A stretch of DNA of 64,000 nt from positions 1 through 64,000 of the forward strand of contig NZ_JAVZIN010000004.1 in assembly GCF_038871235.1 (NCBI RefSeq). The letters run 5' to 3'. The DNA is from Candidatus Hadarchaeum sp. Its GTDB lineage: Archaea > Hadarchaeota > Hadarchaeia > Hadarchaeales > Hadarchaeaceae. Position numbers and translations under genes: made by a program. The notes beneath the pieces are model-generated. The model had not been told where the DNA came from and ran no database searches. It was given only the letters and a program-made list of their open reading frames with translations. Each line of letters opens with the position of its first letter. Position 1 is the first letter of the stretch. Below are positions 20,391 to 29,589 of this stretch, one piece after another.

Positions 20391-23300
20391 GTTCAGTGGG
20401 AAGTTCGATGGAGGATTACTTCAAGGAGCTGGAGCGAAAGACGGAGGAGCTATATAAAATAGCCAGCGAGGCTAGAGCCCAGGGAAAAGACCCCGAACTG
20501 GAGCCGGAGATACCTCGGGCGGGTGATTTGGCCAGCAGGGTGGAAAAGCTGGTCGGTCCGGAAGGAGTTGCTGAGGTAATCAGACAGTTGGAGAAGCAGA
20601 TGCCTCGGGAAGAGGTCGCGCTTAAGATCGCCGAGATGATAGTCGATGGAAAGTTTGGCAAGTTTGACGAGCAGACGGTGGCCAAGCAAGCCGTTAGGAC
20701 AGCGTTGGCAGTTTTAACTGAGGGGGTTGTCGTGGCCCCGATAGAGGGAATAACAGATGTAAAGATAAAGAACAATTTTGATGGAACACAGTATCTGGCG
20801 CTTTATTTTGCCAGCCCGATAAGGGCCGCCGGTGGCACCGCAGCAGCCCTTGCTGTTCTTGCTGGTGACTTCGTCCGCCGTCGACTTTACCTCAGCCCCT
20901 ATAAGGCGACGGATCGCGAGATAGAGAGATTTGTCGAGGAAGTTGAAATTTATCGAACTTCAGTTGGCCGTGAGCAGTACACACCGCCGCCAGAGGACAT
21001 AAGACTGGCCATGCAGAACATACCTGTTGAAATAACAGGTGATCCATCAGGTAAAGAAGCCGCCGTGATGGCGTTTCGAGATGTCGAAAGGGTTGAACAC
21101 AACTGGGTTAGGGGCGGAGCCGTGCTGGCCATGGTGGAGGGAGTCCTGCAAAAAGCCCCCAAGATAATGAAATATGTTAATAAATTGAATATTGATGGTT
21201 GGTCTTGGCTTCAGGATATTATCGCCAAGGCTCCGAGGAAGGAGGAAACTGGACAGGCTTTTCCAAAAGGGGATAAATATCTTGAAGAGGTAATTGCAGG
21301 AAGGCCGGTTTTTTCGCATCCAGGAACTGAGGGACACAAGGGCCGTGAAGGTGGCTTCAGGCTTCGTTATGGCCGGGCAAGGAACACTGGGATTGCCGCC
21401 GTTGGTATTCATCCTGCCACCATGGCTATCTGTGATGATTTTCTAGTTACCGGAACGCAGCTAAAGACGGAAAGACCGGGCAAAGGCGGAGCGGTTACTC
21501 CAGTGGACAGTATCAAGGGTCCCACAGTCAAACTCAAGGACGGATCAGTGGTCCAGATAAAAACACTGGAGCAGGCGCTGGAGCTGCGGCATCAGATCGA
21601 GGAGATACTGTTTTTGGGAGATATACTGATCGGCTATGGAGAATTTCTGGAGAACAATCATCCACTGATGCCTGCTGGTTACTGTGAGGAGTGGTGGGCT
21701 CAGGAAGTTGAGCGAGCGTTGCAGAGCAAGAGCTTCGACCAAGCTTTAACCCCATATCTTTCTAGGCCGTACCCCAGCCCACCAGCAGCTCTAGCCATTA
21801 AGATCTCGGAAGACTTGGGAGTCCCGCTTCATCCTGCTTATACCTATTCTTACTCGGAACTGAGCGTAGAGGAACTTCAGGAGCTCTGTACTTGGCTGCT
21901 TCGCGGTGAGCCAACCTTTGTAGATGGTGAGCTTAAGCGATTGTGCTTACCTATGGATCTGGTTCCAAAGAGGGTTTTGGAAGAGATCGGAGTTCCGCAC
22001 AAAGTTATCGATAATCAAGTGGTCATAGAAGATCACGCCCTACCGCTCTGTAGGTCTTTGGGAATTTTAGAGGGACAGCGTCTGAGTAAGGATAAATTTG
22101 ATAGGACGCTTCGGGAGAGCCGGTTCAAAAGCATTATGGAGATAATTTGTGCTTTGGCTGGTTTTACCATCAGGGAGGAGGGTCCGACACGTATTGGAGC
22201 TCGGATGGGCAGGCCCGAAAAAGCAGATCCAAGGCGGATGAGTCCACCGGTTCACATGCTTTTCCCCGTAAGTCTTCGCGGCGGCATGACACGGAACTTG
22301 ATAAAGGCCGCGCAGAAAGAGGGCGAAACCTCCGTTGAGCTAGCAACTTTAAGGTGTACCAACTGCGGCGAGATCGGTTTCACTAGGAAGTGTCAGAAAT
22401 GCGGCGGCTTTGCCGAATACGTGAAAAGCTGTTCCAAATGCAGACGCGTGGTACAGGGCGATGTTTGTCCGACCTGTAAGACCCGCGCCGAGTACTTCAT
22501 CAAACAAACAATTGACCTTAAGTCGATGCTGGATTCCGCTGCACAAAAGCTGGGTGAGGAGCTTCCGGAACTAGTCAAAGGAGTGATAGGTATGACGAGT
22601 GATTTCAAGATTCCAGAGCCGATAGAAAAGGGCATTCTTCGCGCCAAGCATGGCGTTGAGGTCTTCAAAGATGGTACCATAAGATTTGATGCCACTGATG
22701 TGCCGCTCACCCATTTCATGCCGCGCGAGATTGGCACACCGGTGGAACGTCTGCGGGAACTTGGCTACACAGTGGATAAAGATGGAAACCCGCTGGAGCG
22801 TGATGATCAACTTGTGGAGTTGAAGGTTCAGGATATCCTCTTGTCGAAGGATGGGGCCGATTATCTGTTTCGGGCTTCAAAATTCATTGACGATCTTTTA
22901 CAGAAGTTTTACGGTTTGAGACCTTACTATAATGCCAATCAACCATCGGACTTAGTTGGTCATCTAGTGATAGGCCTAGCCCCGCACACATCGGTGGGTG
23001 TCGTCGGTCGGATAATCGGTTTTACTGAGGCCACGGTGGGGTATGCGCACCCATACTTTCATGCTGCCAAACGAAGAGACTGTGATGGCGACGAGGACTG
23101 CGTGATGTTGTTGCTCGACGCGCTACTCAACTTCAGCAAGCGGTTCTTACCATCCAAGCGGGGTGGGACGATGGACGCACCGCTTATTCTCAGCACTCGC
23201 ATTGATCCAACCGAAATTGACAAGGAGGCCCATAATATGGACGTGATGGCTAGGTACCCGCTGGAGTTCTATGAGGCCACGTTGCGTTATGCCAGTCCGG

Positions 23301-23833
23301 TGGAAGTCGCAAAGATGATGGAAACCGTTGAGCGCAGGCTTGGCACAGAATCTCAGTACACTGGATTGAACTTTTCCTTTGATACCAACAATATAGTCGC
23401 TGGGGCCCGCTCGAGCAGGTATAAGACTTTGGAGACAATGGAAGAAAAGACCGATTATCAGCTAAACCTTGCCAGAAAGATCAGGGCAGTTGACGTCCAG
23501 GATGTGGCAGAGAGGCTTATCGAGCATCACTTTATCCCGGATCTAAAGGGCAACATAAGGACCTTTGCCAGTCAAAAATTCAGGTGTATAAACTGCAATC
23601 AGATTCATCGCAGAGTCCCTCTCAGCGGAGTCTGTGTGAAGTGTGGTGGAAAGCTGGTCCTGACTGTGACTCGAGGTGGCGTGGAAAAATATATGCAGAT
23701 TGCGATGAGGATTGCCGAGGATTATGGGGTTTCTGAGTACACCAAACAGCGTCTGGAGCTGACACGGCGTGATATTAGGTCTACTTTTGAAAGCGATGCG
23801 AGGAAGCAGATGAGTTTAGCTGATTTTATGTAA
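20387..23833 (+). CDS. polC: DNA polymerase D large subunit DP2
   Basis: PIRAAGGT, GGFRLRYGR, RIGARMGRPEK, KDGTIRFD, catalytic RRDCDGDED, C-terminal Zn finger and PIP box QMSLADF; start GTG 20387 or ATG 20408; no intein. Confidence 0.97.
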   Translation: MSSVGSSMEDYFKELERKTEELYKIASEARAQGKDPELEPEIPRAGDLASRVEKLVGPEGVAEVIRQLEKQMPREEVALKIAEMIVDGKFGKFDEQTVAKQAVRTALAVLTEGVVVAPIEGITDVKIKNNFDGTQYLALYFASPIRAAGGTAAALAVLAGDFVRRRLYLSPYKATDREIERFVEEVEIYRTSVGREQYTPPPEDIRLAMQNIPVEITGDPSGKEAAVMAFRDVERVEHNWVRGGAVLAMVEGVLQKAPKIMKYVNKLNIDGWSWLQDIIAKAPRKEETGQAFPKGDKYLEEVIAGRPVFSHPGTEGHKGREGGFRLRYGRARNTGIAAVGIHPATMAICDDFLVTGTQLKTERPGKGGAVTPVDSIKGPTVKLKDGSVVQIKTLEQALELRHQIEEILFLGDILIGYGEFLENNHPLMPAGYCEEWWAQEVERALQSKSFDQALTPYLSRPYPSPPAALAIKISEDLGVPLHPAYTYSYSELSVEELQELCTWLLRGEPTFVDGELKRLCLPMDLVPKRVLEEIGVPHKVIDNQVVIEDHALPLCRSLGILEGQRLSKDKFDRTLRESRFKSIMEIICALAGFTIREEGPTRIGARMGRPEKADPRRMSPPVHMLFPVSLRGGMTRNLIKAAQKEGETSVELATLRCTNCGEIGFTRKCQKCGGFAEYVKSCSKCRRVVQGDVCPTCKTRAEYFIKQTIDLKSMLDSAAQKLGEELPELVKGVIGMTSDFKIPEPIEKGILRAKHGVEVFKDGTIRFDATDVPLTHFMPREIGTPVERLRELGYTVDKDGNPLERDDQLVELKVQDILLSKDGADYLFRASKFIDDLLQKFYGLRPYYNANQPSDLVGHLVIGLAPHTSVGVVGRIIGFTEATVGYAHPYFHAAKRRDCDGDEDCVMLLLDALLNFSKRFLPSKRGGTMDAPLILSTRIDPTEIDKEAHNMDVMARYPLEFYEATLRYASPVEVAKMMETVERRLGTESQYTGLNFSFDTNNIVAGARSSRYKTLETMEEKTDYQLNLARKIRAVDVQDVAERLIEHHFIPDLKGNIRTFASQKFRCINCNQIHRRVPLSGVCVKCGGKLVLTVTRGGVEKYMQIAMRIAEDYGVSEYTKQRLELTRRDIRSTFESDARKQMSLADFM

Positions 23834-23883
23834 ATTAGGCTTCGCGAAAACATTTTACCCGATGAAGTGAAAAGCTCGTTTGT

Positions 23884-23982
23884 GCCGGGGTAGCCAAGCC
23901 AGGTAAGGCGCCAGTCATAAGGGGCGAAACTCGAGATCTGGTTCTCCTTCGGAGAGCGGGGGTTCAAATCCCCTCCCCGGCG
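23884..23982 (+). tRNA. tRNA-Ser(CGA) with 14-nt intron at position 30/31 (23915-23928)
   Basis: Acceptor GCCGGGG/CCCCGGC, G73, long variable arm, GGTTCAAATC T-loop; removing the intron gives CCAGA-CT-CGA-GA-TCTGG; BHB central helix CGCC/GGCG. Confidence 0.9.
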
Positions 23983-24050
23983 CCTATTTTCAGCCACAAG
24001 CGCAGATTTTTCGAAATTTCTACTATTATCCAGTTCAGAAACCATGCAGA

Positions 24051-24653
24051 TTAAGGTGACAGTAGTTGACGCTCCGTTACCTCGCCGCCAGGTTTTTTCT
24101 CGCAGAAAACCTGAGCCGAGAACCTGCTTACACGAACGCCTCGTTCTAGCCAGCAATCGGGCATCAAACCTGCCTTGATACAGGTATTGGAGAGAAATTC
24201 TTCAGCATCCCAGCCGTACTCGACAGCGACTTGGGGCAGCAGCAAACCTGCACACCCCATTCCTTCCACTATCAAGCCATCCCTTCCGATTTTTATTAGT
24301 TTAGGATATTCCTTAGGGTGTTCAGCTTTCAAAGTTTCCGGTTTTGTCAGAACACTAACTTCGATCCCTATATGTTGGAGTTCTTTAGGACTTACAGGGG
24401 GGAAACGGGGATCACGGGTGGCAGCGCTTATCGCCGAGTCGATTAAAGCATCGATCAAGGGCAGGTTCGGCATCGGGTGTCCGATGCACCCTCTCAATTC
24501 ACCATTTTTGGTGAGTGTGACAAAAACCCCGCCTGGCTCCAGAAGCTTAGTAGGTACTTTTGGTCTGGGGAGGATCTTACCACTGTAGAGATAGGTCTCT
24601 ATTGTTCGCCGGGCAATCTTTACCAGCAGGGTACCTTCATCGAGAGTTAACAT
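24051..24653 (-). CDS. AMMECR1-domain protein
   Basis: GVFVTL, LRGCIG, DPRFPP, EVSVLT, GLLLPQV. Confidence 0.93.
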   Translation of the reverse strand: MLTLDEGTLLVKIARRTIETYLYSGKILPRPKVPTKLLEPGGVFVTLTKNGELRGCIGHPMPNLPLIDALIDSAISAATRDPRFPPVSPKELQHIGIEVSVLTKPETLKAEHPKEYPKLIKIGRDGLIVEGMGCAGLLLPQVAVEYGWDAEEFLSNTCIKAGLMPDCWLERGVRVSRFSAQVFCEKKPGGEVTERQLLSP

Positions 24654-24657
24654 AGTA

Positions 24658-25146
24658 TCACTTCATCATATTTTCATATTGATTCATCGTTTCAATTATG
24701 TTTTTCCAGTGCTTACCTTTCCAATATATTTTGCGGCAATCAGTGCAGCGCCAGAAGCTATCGTTAGCAATTAAGACTTTTTCAGGGACCACGTTGTTTA
24801 TTGCGTTTTTTTCCACAGAAGTTAGGGGGCCGTTGCAGATCGGACATCTAGAGTTCTCCGGGACAATTTCGATTCTTTTGCCAAGACGTCTTGAAATCTC
24901 AACCAATTGTTTGGCAATTTCAGTTTCTCTAATTAAGATGCTTTTCAATCCGGATTTGGTGGCGCGTTTATGCAGTACCACATCAGCTGTGAGTAGAACT
25001 CCCTTTTCCTTTGAGGCTATTTCCAGCATCTCTTCGTCCTGCTTTTCAGAGGGCAGATTTAGTTTACCAATGTAGATGACGTCGTGGCCAGCCAAGCGCA
25101 GCCACCGCGCCAGTTTTCCCAGCATTCCGTCAGCTACAAACCTCAT
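24658..25146 (-). CDS. Mut7-C RNase domain (PIN-like) protein with Zn ribbon
   Basis: MRFVADGMLGKLARWLRL, SRCPICNG, FWRCTDCRKIYWKGKHW. Confidence 0.9.
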   Translation of the reverse strand: MRFVADGMLGKLARWLRLAGHDVIYIGKLNLPSEKQDEEMLEIASKEKGVLLTADVVLHKRATKSGLKSILIRETEIAKQLVEISRRLGKRIEIVPENSRCPICNGPLTSVEKNAINNVVPEKVLIANDSFWRCTDCRKIYWKGKHWKNIIETMNQYENMMK

Positions 25147-25226
25147 GTTCGATTTTAACTGATTGATTAATAGCAAAAATAGTTGTCCTGTTTTCTCAAG
25201 CTTAAAAAGTAAGGTGAGAACTTAAG

Positions 25227-25601
25227 ATGGGTGTTGGAGTGCGTCAGCGAGTACAAGTGAAATGTCCCATCTGCGGCAAGATGTTTGATTTAGACTTAGA
25301 TGTCAGTACTTATGTTACGGTCGAGACGGCACCTGTTCAACCAAAGAAGCAGGTGTCGCTGATACTTCGGGGAAATGAAGCCAAGGTTGATTTTGTCCTC
25401 CGCGCTATGCGGGCCTTAGCGAGCAAGGAGCCCAGCGGAATGGTCGAAGTTGAGGAAATAGTTGACCTCGCTGAGAAAGTTGGCTTGGAGAGAGAGGAGG
25501 TTAACGAAATAATCGCCGCTGAGAAAAGGGCTGGTCACGTCTATGAGCCTAAACAGGGCGTGGTGTGTTTCACGATCCCGCCTGAGCGCTCAAGAGGGTA
25601 A
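25227..25601 (+). CDS. Small protein: CxxC knuckle plus winged helix homologous to the MCM C-terminal domain
   Basis: IAAEKRAGHVYEPKQG vs MCM ISEEKKRGHLYEPKQG (11/16 identical); AAGGTGA SD upstream. Confidence 0.8.
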   Translation: MGVGVRQRVQVKCPICGKMFDLDLDVSTYVTVETAPVQPKKQVSLILRGNEAKVDFVLRAMRALASKEPSGMVEVEEIVDLAEKVGLEREEVNEIIAAEKRAGHVYEPKQGVVCFTIPPERSRG

Positions 25602-25609
25602 AAGACAAA

Positions 25610-25720
25610 TTAACGATTTATCTCCAGCTCCTTATGAATTTCTTTGGTTTCCCTGATTTCGGCTTTCTTGCGGCCCTTGCGTTCTTTCTTTCGGCGCTTA
25701 AAACGTCGCAACCGAAACAC
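25610..25720 (-). CDS. Putative 36-aa highly basic peptide (below ORF-track cutoff)
   Basis: GTG-start frame MFRLRRFKRRKKERKGRKKAEIRETKEIHKELEINR*; TTTATAA box about 25 nt upstream on the minus strand. Confidence 0.4.
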   Translation of the reverse strand: MFRLRRFKRRKKERKGRKKAEIRETKEIHKELEINR

Positions 25721-25816
25721 CAGTTTATTTTTTTCCTGAAATTATAAAAAGTGCCGCTTCAATTGGGGATGGAACCAATCTTTTTCTCTTATAAACAGCC
25801 GTAACCAAAATTAATT

Positions 25817-27025
25817 GTGGTGTTAATGCCAGAGAGATGGGATGTCATCGTTGTCGGGGGTGGAACCGCCGGCTTGTCTGCGGCCAAATCTGCTTCGTCT
25901 GAAGGTGGCAAGGTTCTCCTGCTTGAAATGAGCGCCCGGATCGGGACCACTGCTCAGCTCGGTAGCTTGGTTTCATCGGATTTCAAATCTTTAGGTAAAA
26001 AACCGGTTGTTCAGCGTTTGAGGAAAATTGAACTATATGCGCCGCATGGAGAGCTGTCGGTAAATTACGATCGGGCGGTAGTAGTCGACCAAAGACGGCT
26101 TGATGAACATTTGGCAGCAGACGTTGCTGAACATGGGGGTGAAATTTGGCTGAATGCCCCGGTAAGGGATCTTTTGGTGAAGGATGGGGTCGTGGTGGGT
26201 GTTCGCATTGAGGCAGGCGGCTGGTCCGAGAATATTGAAGGTGAGGTGATTATTGACGCAACGGGCGCCCGGGGGGAAATGTCAAGCTTGTTTTTGAGGC
26301 ATGTGGTCAAGAGGTATTGGAATCAGGATTTTTTGGCTTTTAGTAACGAGTACCTAATGGCCAATGTTAAAGATGGAAAAAATGTGGAGATATTTTTTGA
26401 TGCCTATTCAGCGCCAGGTGGCCATGCTTGGATATATCCGCTTTCTAGTGGATTTGCCGCAGCGGGCGTAATCGGCCTGAGAATACACCCGGATGCGGCG
26501 CTTGACGAGTTTTTGGGTAGAAGAAAGATAAAAAAGCTTGCCCACGCGTTGCCGATAGCGTCCTCAAGAGGGCAGCTGCCGTTGGAAGGTCCACTTTGCC
26601 AGACCCACTCCGACGGAATACTCGCTGTAGGAGGTGCGGCGGGGCAAATTTATCCTCTTTCAGGGCAGGGGCTACTCTATTCCTTAAAGTGCGGGGAAAT
26701 CGCCGGGAGGGTTGCCGTTGACGCCGTTACTGAGGGTGACGTTTCTAAGAATCGGCTTTTAGAGTACGATCGAACTTGGAGGGCCGATTTTGGCAAGGAC
26801 TTTGAAGTGGGAAGTATTTTTCGTTCTTCACTAAGCGTTTCCCAGGATCGAAAGATGGATGCCATTATTTCATTACTTGACGGTAAACCAAGTCTACAGC
26901 GCGCCTTTGTAGATGTACTTTTTGGTTTCAACTTGAGGGCTTCGATGCCCAAGTTACTCGGGGATGAAGATATTTTGAAAATTCTCGGCAGAGAAATAAC
27001 CGCCAAGCTGATTGGTTGGAGGTAA
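25817..27025 (+). CDS. Geranylgeranyl reductase family flavoprotein
   Basis: DVIVVGGGTAG, IIDATG, APGGHAWIYP, GGAAGQIYPLSGQG. Confidence 0.82.
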   Translation: MVLMPERWDVIVVGGGTAGLSAAKSASSEGGKVLLLEMSARIGTTAQLGSLVSSDFKSLGKKPVVQRLRKIELYAPHGELSVNYDRAVVVDQRRLDEHLAADVAEHGGEIWLNAPVRDLLVKDGVVVGVRIEAGGWSENIEGEVIIDATGARGEMSSLFLRHVVKRYWNQDFLAFSNEYLMANVKDGKNVEIFFDAYSAPGGHAWIYPLSSGFAAAGVIGLRIHPDAALDEFLGRRKIKKLAHALPIASSRGQLPLEGPLCQTHSDGILAVGGAAGQIYPLSGQGLLYSLKCGEIAGRVAVDAVTEGDVSKNRLLEYDRTWRADFGKDFEVGSIFRSSLSVSQDRKMDAIISLLDGKPSLQRAFVDVLFGFNLRASMPKLLGDEDILKILGREITAKLIGWR

Positions 27026-27029
27026 TTTG

Positions 27030-27920
27030 ATGAACTGTCCGCTGTGCAGCAGTTCTGCGGTTCTCTACGACGATGTCAGGGGCGAGCAGATTTGTACCCG
27101 CTGCGGTTTTGTGATTCAGGAGCGCCTTTACGTCGCAGGACCCGAGAAAAGAATGGGGCTCGGGGAGAACAAGGAACGCGCGGATCTGTCGTCGGGTTTT
27201 GACCTGACTCAGCATGATTATGGGCTTGGCTCCAGGTTTAACGTTTCTCAGGGTTTACCCCCATCTGAACGGGCCCGGCTGCGAAGGATGCAAGTTCTTC
27301 ACCAAAGAGCGCGCGTCTTGGATTGGGAGGACAGGAGCCTTCGTGAGGTTCTGATTGACCTCGACAAGATCTGCGAGGACCTCTCCCTGTCAAAAGGAAT
27401 CAAGATTGAGATCAGCACTTATTATCGAAAGGCGAGGGCAAAAAAGCTGACGTCCGGGAGAAGCGCTCAGCAGGTTCTGGCAGCACTCATTCTGGCCGCA
27501 TGTAGGTTGAGGGGCATACCGAGGACCGACCATGAGATTTCAAACGCAGTGGCCGATCGTTTTGGGTTGAATAGGTCCGCAGTTCTGAAAGGTGTTCATA
27601 GGTATGTTAAATTATTCTCAAAGGAACTCGGGCTAAGGCTGCCCCGCGTTTCTGCCGAAAGTTTCATCGATAGATTTGCACCTCAATTGGGACTATCTAG
27701 AAAGGCTACCGTAAAGTCTCACGAGATCATAGGAATTTTACCCAAGAGATTTGTCCAAGGCAAGCCGCCGCTTTTTCTCGCCGCAATCGCTATCTACAGC
27801 GGAGCCAACACCGTGGGCGAAAAGATTACTCTGAAGAAACTAGCGGCGACATTGGGAGTTGGCGTTTCCAGCCTTTCCAACAGTGCCTCAAGGGTAAAAA
27901 ATATTATTTCCTCGGTATGA
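27030..27920 (+). CDS. tfb: Transcription initiation factor IIB paralog (divergent)
   Basis: Zn ribbon CPLC...RGEQICTRCG, HDYGLG, two cyclin repeats (GRS, IPRT, FIDRF, GKPP). Confidence 0.85.
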   Translation: MNCPLCSSSAVLYDDVRGEQICTRCGFVIQERLYVAGPEKRMGLGENKERADLSSGFDLTQHDYGLGSRFNVSQGLPPSERARLRRMQVLHQRARVLDWEDRSLREVLIDLDKICEDLSLSKGIKIEISTYYRKARAKKLTSGRSAQQVLAALILAACRLRGIPRTDHEISNAVADRFGLNRSAVLKGVHRYVKLFSKELGLRLPRVSAESFIDRFAPQLGLSRKATVKSHEIIGILPKRFVQGKPPLFLAAIAIYSGANTVGEKITLKKLAATLGVGVSSLSNSASRVKNIISSV

Positions 27921-28446
27921 TAATGATGCCTTCGTTTGGTGTCCCGATTTTTTCAGTTCTTTTTTCGAGGTAAAGAGATGCAGTCAGGGCGGCCAGAGCG
28001 GCATCGATTTCATGGCGGCTGGTTTCCCCTTTGAACTCGTAACCCCGACGCTTCAGCTCTTCCACCCACTTCTTTCTATCATCAGTTCCAAAGATGATCA
28101 AACCTGATGTCCTTGGATGAACTTCTATGACGTCAATTTTGGCGTTTTTAATTTTGCTAGCCAGTTTCGTACCTCGTATCGTCAGCGATTTCATTCCGCC
28201 GAATTTTGGAGGAAAAACCCGAAAGCCACTTTTGATTAGGGCTAGATCGGCTACTCTGAGGTTCCCTCGTTTGGGAAAGCTGAGGGGGGCATCTATCGCC
28301 ACGACCAAGGGCTTGGCGGCAGCACAGTGTTCTAAAATTTGCTCATCGGTGTGCAGTGTTTGAGTTATAAATTTTTTATCAACCAAAATGGCAAAGCCGC
28401 TTGGGTTGGTCTCGAGCCCTGCCAGATCGATCCCGATGACTTTCAC
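27904..28446 (-). CDS. DUF429-type predicted RNase H-fold nuclease
   Basis: IGIDLAG, VAIDAPLS, IEVHP, HEIDA. Confidence 0.8.
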   Translation of the reverse strand: MKVIGIDLAGLETNPSGFAILVDKKFITQTLHTDEQILEHCAAAKPLVVAIDAPLSFPKRGNLRVADLALIKSGFRVFPPKFGGMKSLTIRGTKLASKIKNAKIDVIEVHPRTSGLIIFGTDDRKKWVEELKRRGYEFKGETSRHEIDAALAALTASLYLEKRTEKIGTPNEGIIIIPRK

Positions 28447-28556
28447 AATTACAATTATTCTTTATCTTAACTTTAGGTTATCAACTTAGGCGCATTTGGC
28501 TTCAGGCATAGTTTCATTAATTTGGTGAATGGTGGTTGGGTTTTTGAGTTCGATTT

Positions 28557-29480
28557 TCAGCCATTCTCCAGCACCGAAGCCACAATTATCGGTAGAATCA
28601 CCGTGGTATCCCCAATCACAGTCACGGTTTTTGCGTTTTTTGAAATCTTGCCCCAAGATTTGGCTTCTTCAAGGGTGGCACCGCTCAGCCCGCCCGGCTC
28701 AGGCCGGTCCATTGTTATCTGAATCGCGTAGTCAAAGGACCGCGGCGTCAGAAGCATGCTCTGAAAAATGAAGTTCTTAGGTACTCCTCCGCCAAGTAGA
28801 ACTGCTCCTGGTTTTTTTGCCTCGCTGGCCAATTCAAAAATTTCCTTGACATCCTTAAGTACGTCTATGGTCACTTCATGTTCTTGCGAGTAGAGCCAAG
28901 CCTGAAGTCCTAGTATGGAGTCAGCAATTGCGGGACAGAAAACCGGAACCCCTTTTTCCGCCGCAGCCTTTAGAAATGAGCTCTCATCGGTCAGCTTGAG
29001 TCCGATCCTGCGCAGTAGCTCCGCGGAAGAAATTCTTGAATCGCGTTGAAGGACGCTGGCAAAGATTGGTTGGATTTTCTCCTCGAAGATTTCAAAAGCA
29101 CGTTGCGGCACGTAGACATCGTAAATGCGGCTTATTTTTTTGCTGCGCAGCGTAACATCATCGGCAAGTTCATTTCCCTGTACATGCCGTCCACCGAAGG
29201 CTTCGATCAAGTCGTGGGTGGCATTGGCCCCCGTCACCACCAATACGTTAACAAGGCCTTCCCTAATTGCCTTCACGAGAACATGCCTCAGGCCTCCCGG
29301 AATAACTGCTCCCCCAACCCCCATGAAAATAGTGGATTTTTTTCTGAGCATTTCGCGGTAGATTTCCACGGCCTTTGCCACACGGCCCGCACTAAAAACG
29401 CCGCATTTTCCCATCTCTTCGACCAACTCTTTAACGCTGATCCCGGGCTCTAGCCGGATGTGCCTGACCCATCTCGTCAT
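28557..29480 (-). CDS. dys: Deoxyhypusine synthase
   Basis: TGANATHD, PVFCPAIADS, GGGVPKN, GGLSGATLEEAKSWGK. Confidence 0.92.
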   Translation of the reverse strand: MTRWVRHIRLEPGISVKELVEEMGKCGVFSAGRVAKAVEIYREMLRKKSTIFMGVGGAVIPGGLRHVLVKAIREGLVNVLVVTGANATHDLIEAFGGRHVQGNELADDVTLRSKKISRIYDVYVPQRAFEIFEEKIQPIFASVLQRDSRISSAELLRRIGLKLTDESSFLKAAAEKGVPVFCPAIADSILGLQAWLYSQEHEVTIDVLKDVKEIFELASEAKKPGAVLLGGGVPKNFIFQSMLLTPRSFDYAIQITMDRPEPGGLSGATLEEAKSWGKISKNAKTVTVIGDTTVILPIIVASVLENG

Positions 29481-29589
29481 CCTAACCGCTCCTAGAAAAG
29501 TTCAGTTTGCGTGGATTTAAATGGGCCACTTGCCGTAGTCCAAGCGTTTTCAGAGGTTTTTTAAGTCTTGGTGCAAATTACTGGTCTGT

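Noticed and set aside
23915-23920. TCATAA resembling a tRNA-Met(CAT) anticodon loop
   Set aside because: No flanking stem. It lies in the BHB intron, and the long variable arm, G73 and restored stem indicate Ser(CGA).
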